Shown here in pieces: positions 54,812 through 64,000 of a DNA stretch of 64,000 nucleotides. The position numbers and the translations under genes are program-made. The stretch is from Rickettsiales bacterium. GTDB taxonomy: Bacteria > Pseudomonadota > Alphaproteobacteria > Rickettsiales > JABSSG01. The stretch spans positions 294,320 through 358,319 of the forward strand of contig JBDOIT010000002.1 of the NCBI GenBank assembly GCA_047404135.1, written 5' to 3'. The notes under the pieces were generated by a model. It worked only from the letters and a program-made list of their open reading frames with translations. It made no database searches and was not told the DNA's origin. How positions within the stretch are numbered: the first letter of the stretch is position 1; every line of letters starts with the position of its first letter.

Positions 54812-56730
54812 ACGCTATGGAAAATCATTTCTTGCATTTAAATGCAAAGCAAAAAGAAGCTGTAGAGCATATAGATGGCCCTTTACTCATCCTTGCTGGT
54901 GCAGGCACTGGCAAAACGATGGCTTTGATAAATAGAATAGTAAATATACTACGCTCTGACAAAGCGCATCCCTCTGCAATCTTAGCGGTTACCTTTACGA
55001 ATAAAGCCGCCAAAGAGATGCAGGATCGAATATCTGCCCTGGTTCCTCTTCGCCTCAAATGGCTTGGGACTTTCCACTCGATAGGCGCAAAAATTCTACG
55101 TATCAATGCAGAAGCTGCAAATCTAAGCTCTAATTTTTCTATTATCGATGTTGATGATCAAGTGCGGCTTGTCAAATCGGTATCTCATGATTTAGGGGTA
55201 GATGCAAAACAGTTTAATCCAAAAATTATCTGCTCAATTATTCAAAAATGGAAAGACTTAGCTTTATTCCCCGAAGAAGTTTCAAACGCAGATGTAAAAA
55301 CAGAATATCACAGCATAGCCCTGCAAATATATAAAGAGTATCAGCGCAAATTGACTTCTAATGACTCTGTTGATTTCGGAGACTTACTTATGCTTCCAGT
55401 GCATCTATTTAGAAGAAACCCGCATATACTAGCACAATACCAAGCCACTTTTAAATATGTCTTAGTAGATGAGTATCAAGACACAAATACTGCGCAATAT
55501 ATTTGGCTACGCATGCTTGCGCAAAAGCATCAAAATATTTGTTGCGTTGGTGATGATGATCAGTCTATCTATGGATGGAGGGGCGCTGAAATAGGGAATA
55601 TCTTACGATTTGAAGAAGATTTTCCAGGGGCAAAAATCATCAAACTAGAGCAAAACTATCGTTCTACAAGTTGCATCTTAGGAGCAGCGTCCTCATTGAT
55701 TTCAAATAATAACATGCGTCATGATAAGACTCTTTGGACCGAGAAACCTGGTGACAACAAAATCATTGTTAAGTCCTTTTTTAACGACAAAGAAGAAGCT
55801 ACTTTCATCGCAAGAGAAATTATGCATAGGTTTATGGATAGAGTTGAAACCAGTAAAGTTTCTATCTTAGTGCGCGCATTGTTCCAAACAAGGATTATCG
55901 AGGAATGTTTCATGAGAGCAAGAATTACTTATAAGGTTGTGGGGAGTTTAAAATTCTACGAGCGCCAGGAAATCAGAGATATCGTTGCATATATAAAACT
56001 AGCTGTAAAATACCATGATGACTTGCCTTTTGAAAGAATCATCAACAAGCCTGCGCGTAGCGTTGGAAAAACAACCCTTCAGAAAATCAAGGATTTTGCC
56101 AATGAAAAGCAGGTCTCTTTATTAAGTGCTAGTGAAATTATGGCTCAGGAGGGATCTTTTTCTAAAAAAACCACTGAGTCTATCAGAGCTTTCGTCTCTA
56201 TGGTTCAAAAATGGCATGAGGAGTTTAAAACATCCCACCATACAGATGTTGTAAGGAATATTCTCACAGAGTCTGGTTATGAGGCGTTTTTAAGGCAAGA
56301 AGATAGCATTGAGGGAAAGGGGAGGCTAGAGAACTCTAAGGAGCTCTTAAAAGCCTTAGAAGACTTCAAAAGCATTCTAGATTTCTTAGACCACATCACG
56401 CTTGTGACGGATAATGATGACGCCTCCTCAAAAGACAGACATGACCTTATCACGATCATGACATTGCATGCAGCGAAAGGTCTGGAGTTTGACACGGTAT
56501 TCTTACCTGGATGGGAAGAAGGGCTGTTCCCGCATTCAAAGTCTCTAGATGAATCTGGGGAGAAAGGGCTGGAAGAAGAAAGAAGATTAGCATATGTGGG
56601 AATGACAAGAGCTAAAAAAAGTCTCTATATCTCGCACTCCCTCACACGCAGAATGTACAATCAGTGGATTGATTCTATGCCCTCTAGGTTTTTGAAAGAA
56701 ATACCTAAAGAGTTCCTTTCAACTCCTTAA
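54805..56730 (+). CDS. uvrD: UvrD/Rep/PcrA-family ATP-dependent DNA helicase
   Basis: LNAKQKEAVEH..GPLLILAGAGTGKT (motif I), VDEYQDTN (II), GDDDQSIYGWRGA (III), QNYRST (IV), MTLHAAKGLEF (V) and VGMTRAK (VI); 641 aa. The start overlaps the upstream stop (ATGTTAG). Confidence 0.93.
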   Translation: MLDAMENHFLHLNAKQKEAVEHIDGPLLILAGAGTGKTMALINRIVNILRSDKAHPSAILAVTFTNKAAKEMQDRISALVPLRLKWLGTFHSIGAKILRINAEAANLSSNFSIIDVDDQVRLVKSVSHDLGVDAKQFNPKIICSIIQKWKDLALFPEEVSNADVKTEYHSIALQIYKEYQRKLTSNDSVDFGDLLMLPVHLFRRNPHILAQYQATFKYVLVDEYQDTNTAQYIWLRMLAQKHQNICCVGDDDQSIYGWRGAEIGNILRFEEDFPGAKIIKLEQNYRSTSCILGAASSLISNNNMRHDKTLWTEKPGDNKIIVKSFFNDKEEATFIAREIMHRFMDRVETSKVSILVRALFQTRIIEECFMRARITYKVVGSLKFYERQEIRDIVAYIKLAVKYHDDLPFERIINKPARSVGKTTLQKIKDFANEKQVSLLSASEIMAQEGSFSKKTTESIRAFVSMVQKWHEEFKTSHHTDVVRNILTESGYEAFLRQEDSIEGKGRLENSKELLKALEDFKSILDFLDHITLVTDNDDASSKDRHDLITIMTLHAAKGLEFDTVFLPGWEEGLFPHSKSLDESGEKGLEEERRLAYVGMTRAKKSLYISHSLTRRMYNQWIDSMPSRFLKEIPKEFLSTP

Positions 56731-57342
56731 TTGGATACTTCTATTTCAAGATAAGTAGTCTGACCTCAAACGCCGATTTCTTCTATCTAACCTATAACGC
56801 TGGGATATAGCTCCTCACACACCTTAAGGCTCTCCCTAATTGTAGTTTCTCCGAGATTAGTCAAGAATCCCTCGCTTCCAATTAAGTGTTCTGGGTTGCT
56901 AACGTCGCTCCCGTAAACACGGTTCTTTTGCTCGGTTTTTATCTTATACAATGCCTATGTTGTCTATTTAGCAAAGAGTCCCGGTAAAAGCGGCGCTGGC
57001 TCCTTCGCGCATCAAATGAATGCTCCTTGTAGTAGACAATAGTCCATCAAGCGGCCTGTTTCTTGGTTGCAGATAGATTTCTTGTAGGGGCCGTCAAATC
57101 AACTAGCTTTAGCAAAGAAAAAGCGGTTGTTAGTTTATTTGTCATAACGTTTTTTTTGTTTCACTAAAGCCGGTCAATAATATTCCTGGATTTATCTAAC
57201 TTGTCTACGCTGAGGTGAGTATACACAAAAACCCCATGTACGCCCTAGGACCTATCCCACAAAGAGCTTGTTTATTGCTTTGCTAATGCGTCTAAATTGC
57301 AAAAAACAGACTCTCCGGGCATTCTTAAAAAAACAGAGGGAG

Positions 57343-57418
57343 TGGTGGCTGGACCTGGAATTGAACCAGGGACACAAGGATTTTCAGTCCTTTGCTCTAC
57401 CAACTGAGCTACCCAGCC
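57343..57418 (-). tRNA. tRNA-Phe (anticodon GAA), CCA encoded
   Basis: The reverse complement GGCTGGGTAGCTCAGTTGGTAGAGCAAAGGACTGAAAATCCTTGTGTCCCTGGTTCAATTCCAGGTCCAGCCACCA folds as a cloverleaf by hand, with anticodon loop CTGAAAA. Confidence 0.93.
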
Positions 57419-57487
57419 ATGAAGACAGGTAAATATAAATAAATTATATTAGCCTGCATGTCGAGTATATTATTATATTTTTATAGA

Positions 57488-58378
57488 TTAGTCTAGGTTG
57501 CCCAAAAGTTGCAAGATCTTATCTAGCTGCTCAAGAGAATCATAATTAACAGATATAGCGCCTTTTGTCTTAGTTTTTGAATGAATCAGCACTTCTGTGC
57601 GAAGCTTTTTGCTCAACAAATCCTCAATGGCCTTTATATCTCCTCGGGAATTACTTTTCTTAGCAACTTTTTTTTCTTGTTTCTCAGATTTTGCAGGCAC
57701 TTCTTCTCTTATCAGTCTCTCGGCATCCCTTACGCTAAGACCCTTTTTGACTATCAGTGCCGACAGCTCTTCTGCTTTCCCAGTGCCAATTAAAGCCCTT
57801 GCATGCCCCATAGTAAGCTTCCCTTCAATGAGTAAGGTCAAAAGAGAGTCCGGCAAGCTCAAAAGACGCATAATGTTTGTTACATGGCTACGGCTCTTCC
57901 CTACAGTCGCGGCAATATCGTTATGATTATATTTATACTTTCTCATCAGCTCCTTATAGGATTTGGCTTCCTCAACGATGTTTAAATCCTGGCGCTGAAT
58001 ATTCTCGATAATTGAAATTTCGAAAGCTGATTTATCTTCTATCTCCTTTATTATAGCAGGAATTTTATCCTTCTTTGCATATACTGCAGCCCTAAAACGC
58101 CTCTCGCCTGCTATAATCTCATACCCATCTTTCCCATCCATCTTTTTAACAATAATAGGAGAAATAACACCGCTATTCTTTATAGACTCTGCCAACTCTT
58201 TTAGAGTCGACTCGTCAAAATTTTTCCTTGGTTGATTTAGGTTTGGGTGTAACTTATTAATTGGGAGAGAATATATATGGTCAGATTTAACTTCCTCTTT
58301 TGAGGTATGATCATGCACGATCTCATCATCAAAACTTCCCATTAAAGATGCGAGTCCTCTGCCTAAATTTTTCTTCAT
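57488..58378 (-). CDS. parB: chromosome partitioning protein ParB
   Basis: LGRGLASLMG N-terminus, ParB box IIAGERRFRAA, and HTH (NDIAATVGKSRSHVTNIMRLL); 296 aa. Confidence 0.95.
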   Translation of the reverse strand: MKKNLGRGLASLMGSFDDEIVHDHTSKEEVKSDHIYSLPINKLHPNLNQPRKNFDESTLKELAESIKNSGVISPIIVKKMDGKDGYEIIAGERRFRAAVYAKKDKIPAIIKEIEDKSAFEISIIENIQRQDLNIVEEAKSYKELMRKYKYNHNDIAATVGKSRSHVTNIMRLLSLPDSLLTLLIEGKLTMGHARALIGTGKAEELSALIVKKGLSVRDAERLIREEVPAKSEKQEKKVAKKSNSRGDIKAIEDLLSKKLRTEVLIHSKTKTKGAISVNYDSLEQLDKILQLLGNLD

Positions 58379-59160
58379 GATTTTTCCTCCATTTTTATAT
58401 TTTCTCTATACAGGAACTCTTTTGCCACTTCCAAATACGCTTTGGAGCCCGCGCAATACATGTCGTATACAAGCGCAGGTTTCCCGTGCGAAGATGCCTC
58501 GGAAATCCTTACATTCCGGGGGATAACCGTTGCATAAACAAGGTCTCCAATGCACCCACGGACATCTTCTTCTACCATCTCTGTAAGGTTATTTCTTTTG
58601 TCATGCATTGTTAAAATAACACCACTTATTTGCAGGCCTTTATTCAGATTTGCCTTGATCATTTTGATAGTTTCCATCAAATGGCCAAGGCCTTCTAGTG
58701 CAAAAAATTCACATTGCAGAGGAATCAACACAGATGTAGAGGCACTCAAGGCGTTTATGGTCAGCAACCCCAAAGATGGTGGGCAGTCTATGATTACATA
58801 GTCGTATTTTTCTATGACATCACGAATTTTTTCCTTAAGCCTGGAACGAAAATTCTGCAAATTCACCAGGTCCATCTCTGCTGCCGCAAGATCTATATGA
58901 GAGATCAGGATATCTAAGCCCTCTATCCCTGTATTCAAGATGGCATTCTCTGCCTTAGAATCTGTCACCAATACAGAATAAAGGTTGTCTTTATATTTGT
59001 TCTTCTCTATTGCAAAACTAGTAGTAGCATTGCCCTGAGGGTCAGCATCTATAATTAGAGTTCTCTTGTCAATAGCAGCAAGAGCAGTAGCCAGATTTAC
59101 AGCGGTAATTGTCTTGCCAACGCCCCCTTTCTGATTCACTATAGATATTACATTACCCAT
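58375..59160 (-). CDS. parA: chromosome partitioning ATPase ParA (Soj)
   Basis: Deviant Walker A IVNQKGGVGKTIT, plus IIDCPPSLG. The ATG at 59160 (MGNVISIV..) is preferred to the TTG at 59172, which would overlap rsmG. 4-nt overlap with parB. Confidence 0.95.
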   Translation of the reverse strand: MGNVISIVNQKGGVGKTITAVNLATALAAIDKRTLIIDADPQGNATTSFAIEKNKYKDNLYSVLVTDSKAENAILNTGIEGLDILISHIDLAAAEMDLVNLQNFRSRLKEKIRDVIEKYDYVIIDCPPSLGLLTINALSASTSVLIPLQCEFFALEGLGHLMETIKMIKANLNKGLQISGVILTMHDKRNNLTEMVEEDVRGCIGDLVYATVIPRNVRISEASSHGKPALVYDMYCAGSKAYLEVAKEFLYRENIKMEEKS

Positions 59161-59755
59161 TTTTTGCAACATTTGATAAAATCAACACCACTCCATTCTT
59201 ACTAGTGACACTAGGAATTGCATCGTATTTAAATTTCCAACCTGACTCTTTTGCCTCTTTAATCTCTCTTTCGTAACTTTCACCCTTCATCAAAATAAAT
59301 CTACCCTCCTTTGTTACTAACTGACTAGTTAATTGTAATATTTTTTTGATTGAAGCAAAACCCCTGCATGTAATTACATCGATATTTTCTAACTTTATAT
59401 CCTCGATTCTTTGGTTTATTATCTCAAAATCTCCACCTATGTCACTCTTCACCTTATGTAAAAACGAACATTTTTTAGCGCTTTTCTCTACCAAATGAAT
59501 ATTGTCTATACCCGACAAAGCCAAGACAGCCCCTGGAAAACCAGCGCCCGTCCCTATATCAATCACCTTGCCCGAAACAAGGTCTTTGATCTGCAAAGAA
59601 TCTGCAATATGGCGCTCCCATATTTCACCTTCTGTTGTTTTGGATATGAGGTTGATGGACGCATTCCATTTTAGAAGCAATTCATAAAATTCCTCCAATC
59701 GCCGGCATGTTTCACGTGAAACATTAAACCTCTTTTTAAACTCCTCCATTAGCAA
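59153..59755 (-). CDS. rsmG: 16S rRNA (guanine527-N7)-methyltransferase RsmG (GidB)
   Basis: LLKWNASINLIS...IWERHIADSL and SAM-binding VIDIGTGAGFPG; 200 aa. Confidence 0.93.
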   Translation of the reverse strand: MLMEEFKKRFNVSRETCRRLEEFYELLLKWNASINLISKTTEGEIWERHIADSLQIKDLVSGKVIDIGTGAGFPGAVLALSGIDNIHLVEKSAKKCSFLHKVKSDIGGDFEIINQRIEDIKLENIDVITCRGFASIKKILQLTSQLVTKEGRFILMKGESYEREIKEAKESGWKFKYDAIPSVTSKNGVVLILSNVAKNG

Positions 59756-59999
59756 TTTCCCGTAAGATTCTTGGTGAATATACTATAGAATGCTATGATT
59801 TGTATATCGTTGATTGTGTGGTTAGGTGAAAAATGTTAAAAACAATCTAGGAACGCACATACTCACATCCTGAGTCATAAAAAGATCTTCTGAAGAAAGC
59901 TTTAGCAGAGTATATTATAGACACAGTAGACGACAACGAAAAGTCACATTCAAAGAGATTTGAAAAGATATCATATTCTACAGAAAATCTTGAGACCTT

Positions 60000-61862
60000 C
60001 TAAATCTTCTCTTTAAAAGAAATCTTTGTTAAATATACCAGTATTGCCGTTATTGCAGCTGGCGTAACCCCAGGAATGCTAGAAAGCTCACTCACATTCT
60101 CTGGTTTATATTTTTTGACTTTCTCACGAACCTCAAGAGATAAACCCGGAAGATTAAAGAAATTAAAGTCACTAGGGATCTTAAGTCTCGCATTCTTTTG
60201 GAACATTTTGATGTCACCCTCCTGCCTTGCTAAATATTTATGATATTTTGCCTCAACCAGCGCCTGCTGCAAGATTGCCGGAGGAACGCTTTTTAATGCT
60301 GGGACAAATTCCTTTATTTGATCAAGGGTTATATGTGGGTAGGAAAGCAATGAAAATGCAGACCTTTTTACGCCGTCTTGCGCCATCTCAATGCCGTTTT
60401 GCTTGCAGAAGTGAGGTGTAAAATTTACTTCTTTGAGCATGCTCAATACATCTTCTATTTTACGAGCCTTAGATCTAAAAATCTCTATCTGCTTTTTAGA
60501 AACACTGCCACTTCCATATCCTTTTTCTGTTAGTCTAGCATCTGCATTATCTGCTCTCAAACTCAACCTATACTCTGATCTTGATGTAAACATTCTATAC
60601 GGCTCCAGGGCGCCGCTCTTGATTAAATCATCAATCATAACTCCTATATATGAATCTGCTCTAGTGAGCAAAAATTCCTTACCCCTTAAAGATAAAGCCG
60701 CATTGATCCCAGCAACAAGACCCTGCCCAGCCGCCTCTTCATAACCAGTAGTCCCATTTATCTGGCCTGCAAAATACAAACCAGATATCTTTTTTGTTTC
60801 CAAACTTCTCTTCAATTCCCTTGGGTCGACAAAATCATATTCTATTGCATATCCATACTTAGCTATTCTAGCATTCTCTAAGCCCCTCATGGATTTAATG
60901 AACTTTTCCTGAATGTCCTCAGGCAGAGCAGAAGACAGCCCATTAGGGTAAACCAAGTCGCTGTCTAGTCCTTCGGGCTCAAGGAAAATCTGATGACTAT
61001 CTTTATTAGGAAAACGGATGGTTTTTAGCTCTATTGAAGGACAATAACGCGGCGCTGAAGACTTGAATTTACCTGACCCAGTAGCCGATAGCGCTAAGTT
61101 CTCCTGTATAATAGCATGGGTGGCTTCGTTAGTACGCGCAATGTGGCAATCAAGCTGAGGAACCTCAACTTTATCAAGCATGTGTGAAAAAGGACGAGGA
61201 TCTTCATCTCCTGACTGCTTTTCTAGCGCATCATAATTAATTGAATCTTTGTAAATTCTAGCTGGCGTGCCCGTCCTTAAACGACCCACATTGAAGTTAA
61301 AAGACTTTAAACACTCTGCTAGCTTGATTGAAGGCTCTTCTCCCCCCCTGCCTGCGCTAATTCTTTTTTCTCCAACGATAATCATGCCATTTAAAAAGGT
61401 TCCTGTAGTTAAGATCACAGATTTAGCAAATATTTTGCCGCTCTTTTCGGAACTTACGCCAATAATTTTATCTTTTTCTGTTATAATGCCTTCAACAGAA
61501 TCCTCTAACACCCTTAGTTTTTCTTGTTTGCTTACTATGTCTTGCATTGCTTTCTTATAAAGCTTTCTATCTGCCTGAGCCCTAGGTCCCCATACAGCAG
61601 GCCCCTTACTTTCGTTCAGCATTTTGTAGTGTATCCCAGATCTATCTATAGCTGCACCCATAATTCCACCTAAGGCATCTATTTCTCTAACTATTGTACC
61701 CTTGCCTATTCCTCCTATTGCGGGGTTACATGACATCTCGCCAAGATTATCACGCTTTAAAGTCACCAGAAGGGTGGCTGCGCCAACACGCGCAGAAGCG
61801 CATGCAGCTTCGCAGCCCGCATGTCCGCCACCTATCACTATAACATCGTATTTTTTGTGCAT
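60000..61862 (-). CDS. mnmG: tRNA uridine 5-carboxymethylaminomethyl modification enzyme MnmG (GidA)
   Basis: [16 protein letters not shown] (FAD), [12 protein letters not shown] and [13 protein letters not shown]; 620 aa. Confidence 0.98.
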   Translation of the reverse strand: MHKKYDVIVIGGGHAGCEAACASARVGAATLLVTLKRDNLGEMSCNPAIGGIGKGTIVREIDALGGIMGAAIDRSGIHYKMLNESKGPAVWGPRAQADRKLYKKAMQDIVSKQEKLRVLEDSVEGIITEKDKIIGVSSEKSGKIFAKSVILTTGTFLNGMIIVGEKRISAGRGGEEPSIKLAECLKSFNFNVGRLRTGTPARIYKDSINYDALEKQSGDEDPRPFSHMLDKVEVPQLDCHIARTNEATHAIIQENLALSATGSGKFKSSAPRYCPSIELKTIRFPNKDSHQIFLEPEGLDSDLVYPNGLSSALPEDIQEKFIKSMRGLENARIAKYGYAIEYDFVDPRELKRSLETKKISGLYFAGQINGTTGYEEAAGQGLVAGINAALSLRGKEFLLTRADSYIGVMIDDLIKSGALEPYRMFTSRSEYRLSLRADNADARLTEKGYGSGSVSKKQIEIFRSKARKIEDVLSMLKEVNFTPHFCKQNGIEMAQDGVKRSAFSLLSYPHITLDQIKEFVPALKSVPPAILQQALVEAKYHKYLARQEGDIKMFQKNARLKIPSDFNFFNLPGLSLEVREKVKKYKPENVSELSSIPGVTPAAITAILVYLTKISFKEKI

Positions 61863-61947
61863 CCTTTAACTTTTACTTAATACTAGAGCGGTGTATTTAT
61901 ACAGCAAATCATTATAAATGTACATCCCTCTTATATTAAAGTATGGC

Positions 61948-62274
61948 TTATTTAGGCGCTACAGGACGGAGAACAACCTTGATATCTTCAATGACATCTT
62001 TGCCGCAGAAAAAGTTTATCTTCTCTATTATGGATTTTTTCATATAGTGTAATTCTGTACCAAAAGAATTGCTTGTTACAGAAACATGCAAAGTCTTTTT
62101 TTTACTTCTAAAATCTAAAGATATTTTGATAGGATTAGTAAACTTGGCTACGTCTTTTCCCGTGATGTCAGACCAGTTAAAAATTAACTTAGCTACGTCG
62201 TAATTATCCTCCTTCAAAAGAGAGGACAGAGCGTCATTAACGGCCGAAGGCATAGATTTAAAGCTACGCATCAT
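61948..62274 (-). CDS. DUF721-domain protein (DciA-like)
   Basis: 108-aa ORF whose layout (..W..I.G...A..T.P..I......L.V.V.S....EL......I.E.IN.. ....I..I.) matches what I recall of DUF721/DciA proteins. This is a weak call, made by eye only. Confidence 0.5.
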   Translation of the reverse strand: MMRSFKSMPSAVNDALSSLLKEDNYDVAKLIFNWSDITGKDVAKFTNPIKISLDFRSKKKTLHVSVTSNSFGTELHYMKKSIIEKINFFCGKDVIEDIKVVLRPVAPK

Positions 62275-62770
62275 CTAAACTCTTTATATTGGTTGAAAAT
62301 TCTTTGACTATAGACTGATATAAATTCTTCTTAAAGGACACCACTAGTTCTGGCAACTCCTCTACCGGAACCCACTTCCATTCTTCAAATTCAGCGTGGC
62401 TTGTAGAGACATTTATTTCTGATTCTTCTCCTGTAAATGCAAATAGAACCCATTTTTGTTTTTGCCCTCTAAATCTTCCTCCCCATAACCTTCCTACCAA
62501 AAACTCAGGAACATCATAGAAAAACCACTTGCTGCTTTCCGACAAAAATTTAACGCTAGAAATGCTGGTTTCCTCCAAAAGCTCTCTGTAAGCTGCCTCC
62601 ATAGGAGTTTCGTCTCCATCTATTCCGCCTTGAGGCATTTGCCATATGTCCCCTTTGCTATCTAGTCTTTTTCCAACGAAGACCTTGTTGTCTGAATTCA
62701 ATAACATCATCCCTACCCCCCTTCTATAAGGAAGGCTTATATTATGTAATGAATCTTTTTTATTTCTCAT
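62264..62770 (-). CDS. rppH: RNA pyrophosphohydrolase RppH (Nudix)
   Basis: YRRGVGMMLLN, WQMPQGGIDGDETPMEAAYRELLEETSI (Nudix box GGx5Ex7REUxEExGU); 168 aa. Confidence 0.9.
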   Translation of the reverse strand: MRNKKDSLHNISLPYRRGVGMMLLNSDNKVFVGKRLDSKGDIWQMPQGGIDGDETPMEAAYRELLEETSISSVKFLSESSKWFFYDVPEFLVGRLWGGRFRGQKQKWVLFAFTGEESEINVSTSHAEFEEWKWVPVEELPELVVSFKKNLYQSIVKEFSTNIKSLDDA

Positions 62771-62784
62771 TTTTCAACACAAAT

Positions 62785-63606
62785 TTAAAACAAAGAGCCC
62801 GCAGGAACTATTTTTATATTCTTACTACTTAACTTAGATAGCCACCTCTTTACAACCTCCAGGTTACCAGAGTTAACTTTTACTATACCCACAGCTTCTC
62901 CATATTTCAATGCCATACTTTCCAAACTCGCTAACCCGCTCTCTACCTTGTTTGGACCTATATCCACGTCAAATGGCCTTACCTTAAGCGAGGAACCTTC
63001 TTCAGACTCAAGAGTGGCGGTCTTATCTTTTATTCCATAAAAGAACACCGATTCTAAATCATATATCTTCCTGATAGCAGCCTCCAGAGCGCTTTCTTTA
63101 CCAAGAAACTCATCGTTTCCAAGACTATAAAAGCCCAAGCTCCCCACCGTCATGCTGTGTATGTTGTCAATTTTCTGCGAAATCTCCTCGCTTTTCAGGT
63201 CTGGGTATAAGTCTAACTTCTTCTCTTTTTTATTAGACAAAGGTATGTTTACTAAAAAGCTACGCTTATTATCTGTAAGCAGAGCAATATTCTTATGCAT
63301 ATATTTGTTATAGGGAGAGACTCCAAAGGCGACCTCTTGAGGAAAAAAATCGAGAAGGCTTTCTACTCTCATCTCTCCGTCACTATCATCTAGTATGATG
63401 GAAATCTTATGATCGATCTTTGTGGAAACTTTGGGATGGTCTGCGCTCTCCAAGAGATGTGTAACTTTCTGCCCACAGATTTCTTTCAATCTGATTTTCT
63501 CGCTTTCTTTAGAGATCCCTACTATCACCACGCTAATCCACACAAAAGAGAGCGCTACTGAGATTAACCCAACGCATAAAGACAGTTTCTTCTTTCTAAT
63601 TAACAT
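62785..63606 (-). CDS. divergent polysaccharide deacetylase family protein (YibQ-like)
   Basis: An N-terminal TM, then ISIILDDSDG....L..F....AFGVSPY........L....R.FLVNIPL and GIVKVNSG.., the pattern of the YibQ-type divergent deacetylase family; 273 aa. Confidence 0.7.
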   Translation of the reverse strand: MLIRKKKLSLCVGLISVALSFVWISVVIVGISKESEKIRLKEICGQKVTHLLESADHPKVSTKIDHKISIILDDSDGEMRVESLLDFFPQEVAFGVSPYNKYMHKNIALLTDNKRSFLVNIPLSNKKEKKLDLYPDLKSEEISQKIDNIHSMTVGSLGFYSLGNDEFLGKESALEAAIRKIYDLESVFFYGIKDKTATLESEEGSSLKVRPFDVDIGPNKVESGLASLESMALKYGEAVGIVKVNSGNLEVVKRWLSKLSSKNIKIVPAGSLF

Positions 63607-63652
63607 ACTTCTTTATTCCCGCTTTACAAATAACCCCCCGTAAGCCGATTAC

Positions 63653-64000
63653 CTAAACATCTAAAATACCATCTAGTAGATCGCTGTTTTTTAGAGCTTG
63701 CTCCTGAATAAACTCAAATCTTTTTTCAGGTTTCTTGCCCATTAGATTTTCAACTTTCTCCGACAACTCCAACAAATCTCTTCCCATCTCAACCCTTATT
63801 AGAACCCTTGTCTCAGGGCACATCGCCGTTTCACGCAACTGAGGAACAGTCATTTCCCCCAATCCCTTAAACCTTCCTATGTCAATTTTTTGATTTTTTG
63901 ATAACCTTGAAAGTATTTTTTCTTTTTCTGCATCATCCTTAGCGTAACGAACCTCGCCTCCCTGAGAAATTCTGTATAAAGGAGGTTTTGCCAAATATAG
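63653..64000 (-). CDS. parE: DNA topoisomerase IV subunit B, C-terminal part (gene continues beyond window end)
   Basis: PPLYRI...IGRFKGLGEMTVPQLRETAMCPETRVLIRVEM and LMGKKPEKRFEFIQEQA. The RFKGLGEM / LMGKKPE.RF.FIQ pattern fits ParE better than GyrB (LMGDEVEPRR.FIE). The ORF is open to base 64000. Confidence 0.75.
   Translation of the reverse strand, partial: LYLAKPPLYRISQGGEVRYAKDDAEKEKILSRLSKNQKIDIGRFKGLGEMTVPQLRETAMCPETRVLIRVEMGRDLLELSEKVENLMGKKPEKRFEFIQEQALKNSDLLDGILDV

Noticed and set aside
56731-57342. Two-piece (alpha-type) tmRNA, SRP RNA or 6S RNA in the long spacers (also 23602-24321, 54213-54529 and 21426-21662).
   Set aside because: I saw no T-arm GGTTCGA-type sequence followed by an acceptor strand plus CCA. 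I also saw no ANDN...AA tag frame and no GGAAGGAAGCAGCC-like SRP domain IV motif. This cannot be excluded without covariance models, so it is left as a check in the findings.
57343-61862. The chromosomal replication origin near mnmG-rsmG-parA-parB.
   Set aside because: No cluster of TTATCCACA-like DnaA boxes is visible in the adjacent spacers, only isolated 7/9 matches. In alphaproteobacteria oriC is usually near hemE rather than here.

Overview
AT-rich, gene-dense chromosomal segment with about 60 CDS, 2 tRNAs and RNase P RNA. It reads like the reduced genome of an obligate intracellular alphaproteobacterium, Rickettsiales/Holosporales-like; this placement is an inference from gene content. 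The supporting genes are a TLC-type ATP/ADP translocase, class I LysRS, an NDUFS4-like protein, a hemC-hemD-Mic60-like-HemY-like block, ZauP-like/ZapA, a DUF721/DciA-like protein, a PleC-type kinase and mnmG-rsmG-parA-parB. Most of the window is housekeeping: ruvAB, tsaD, mreBC, rodA, gltX, def-fmt-truA, secA, serS, tatC, hpf, cysS, rpsD, prfB with its canonical +1 frameshift, lepA, ispA, miaB, eno, uvrD and parE. Many genes overlap or abut in long operons. I found no CRISPR array, IS/transposase, integrase, prophage or rRNA gene. The non-housekeeping content most worth a second look is: (1) a eukaryote-like RI-type LRR protein with an F-box-like motif and tandemly duplicated C-terminus (9883-11790); (2) a 680-aa secreted Cys/Pro-rich orphan (15478-17520); (3) a tightly packed Gmd-like/Fcl/glycosyltransferase operon (33398-36609); (4) a lineage-specific islet around rnpB holding two orphan proteins, a start-less ORF and a 720-nt non-coding stretch (21216-24321); (5) further orphans (6364-7710, 51289-51957); and (6) several gene remnants and unusually long ORF-free spacers with coding-like composition (4463-5030, 47077-47202, 54213-54529, 56731-57342). 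I did not recognise a complete, clearly novel multi-gene system such as a defence system. The candidates above are single genes or small clusters. All functional calls rest on motif recognition by eye and need profile or database searches.
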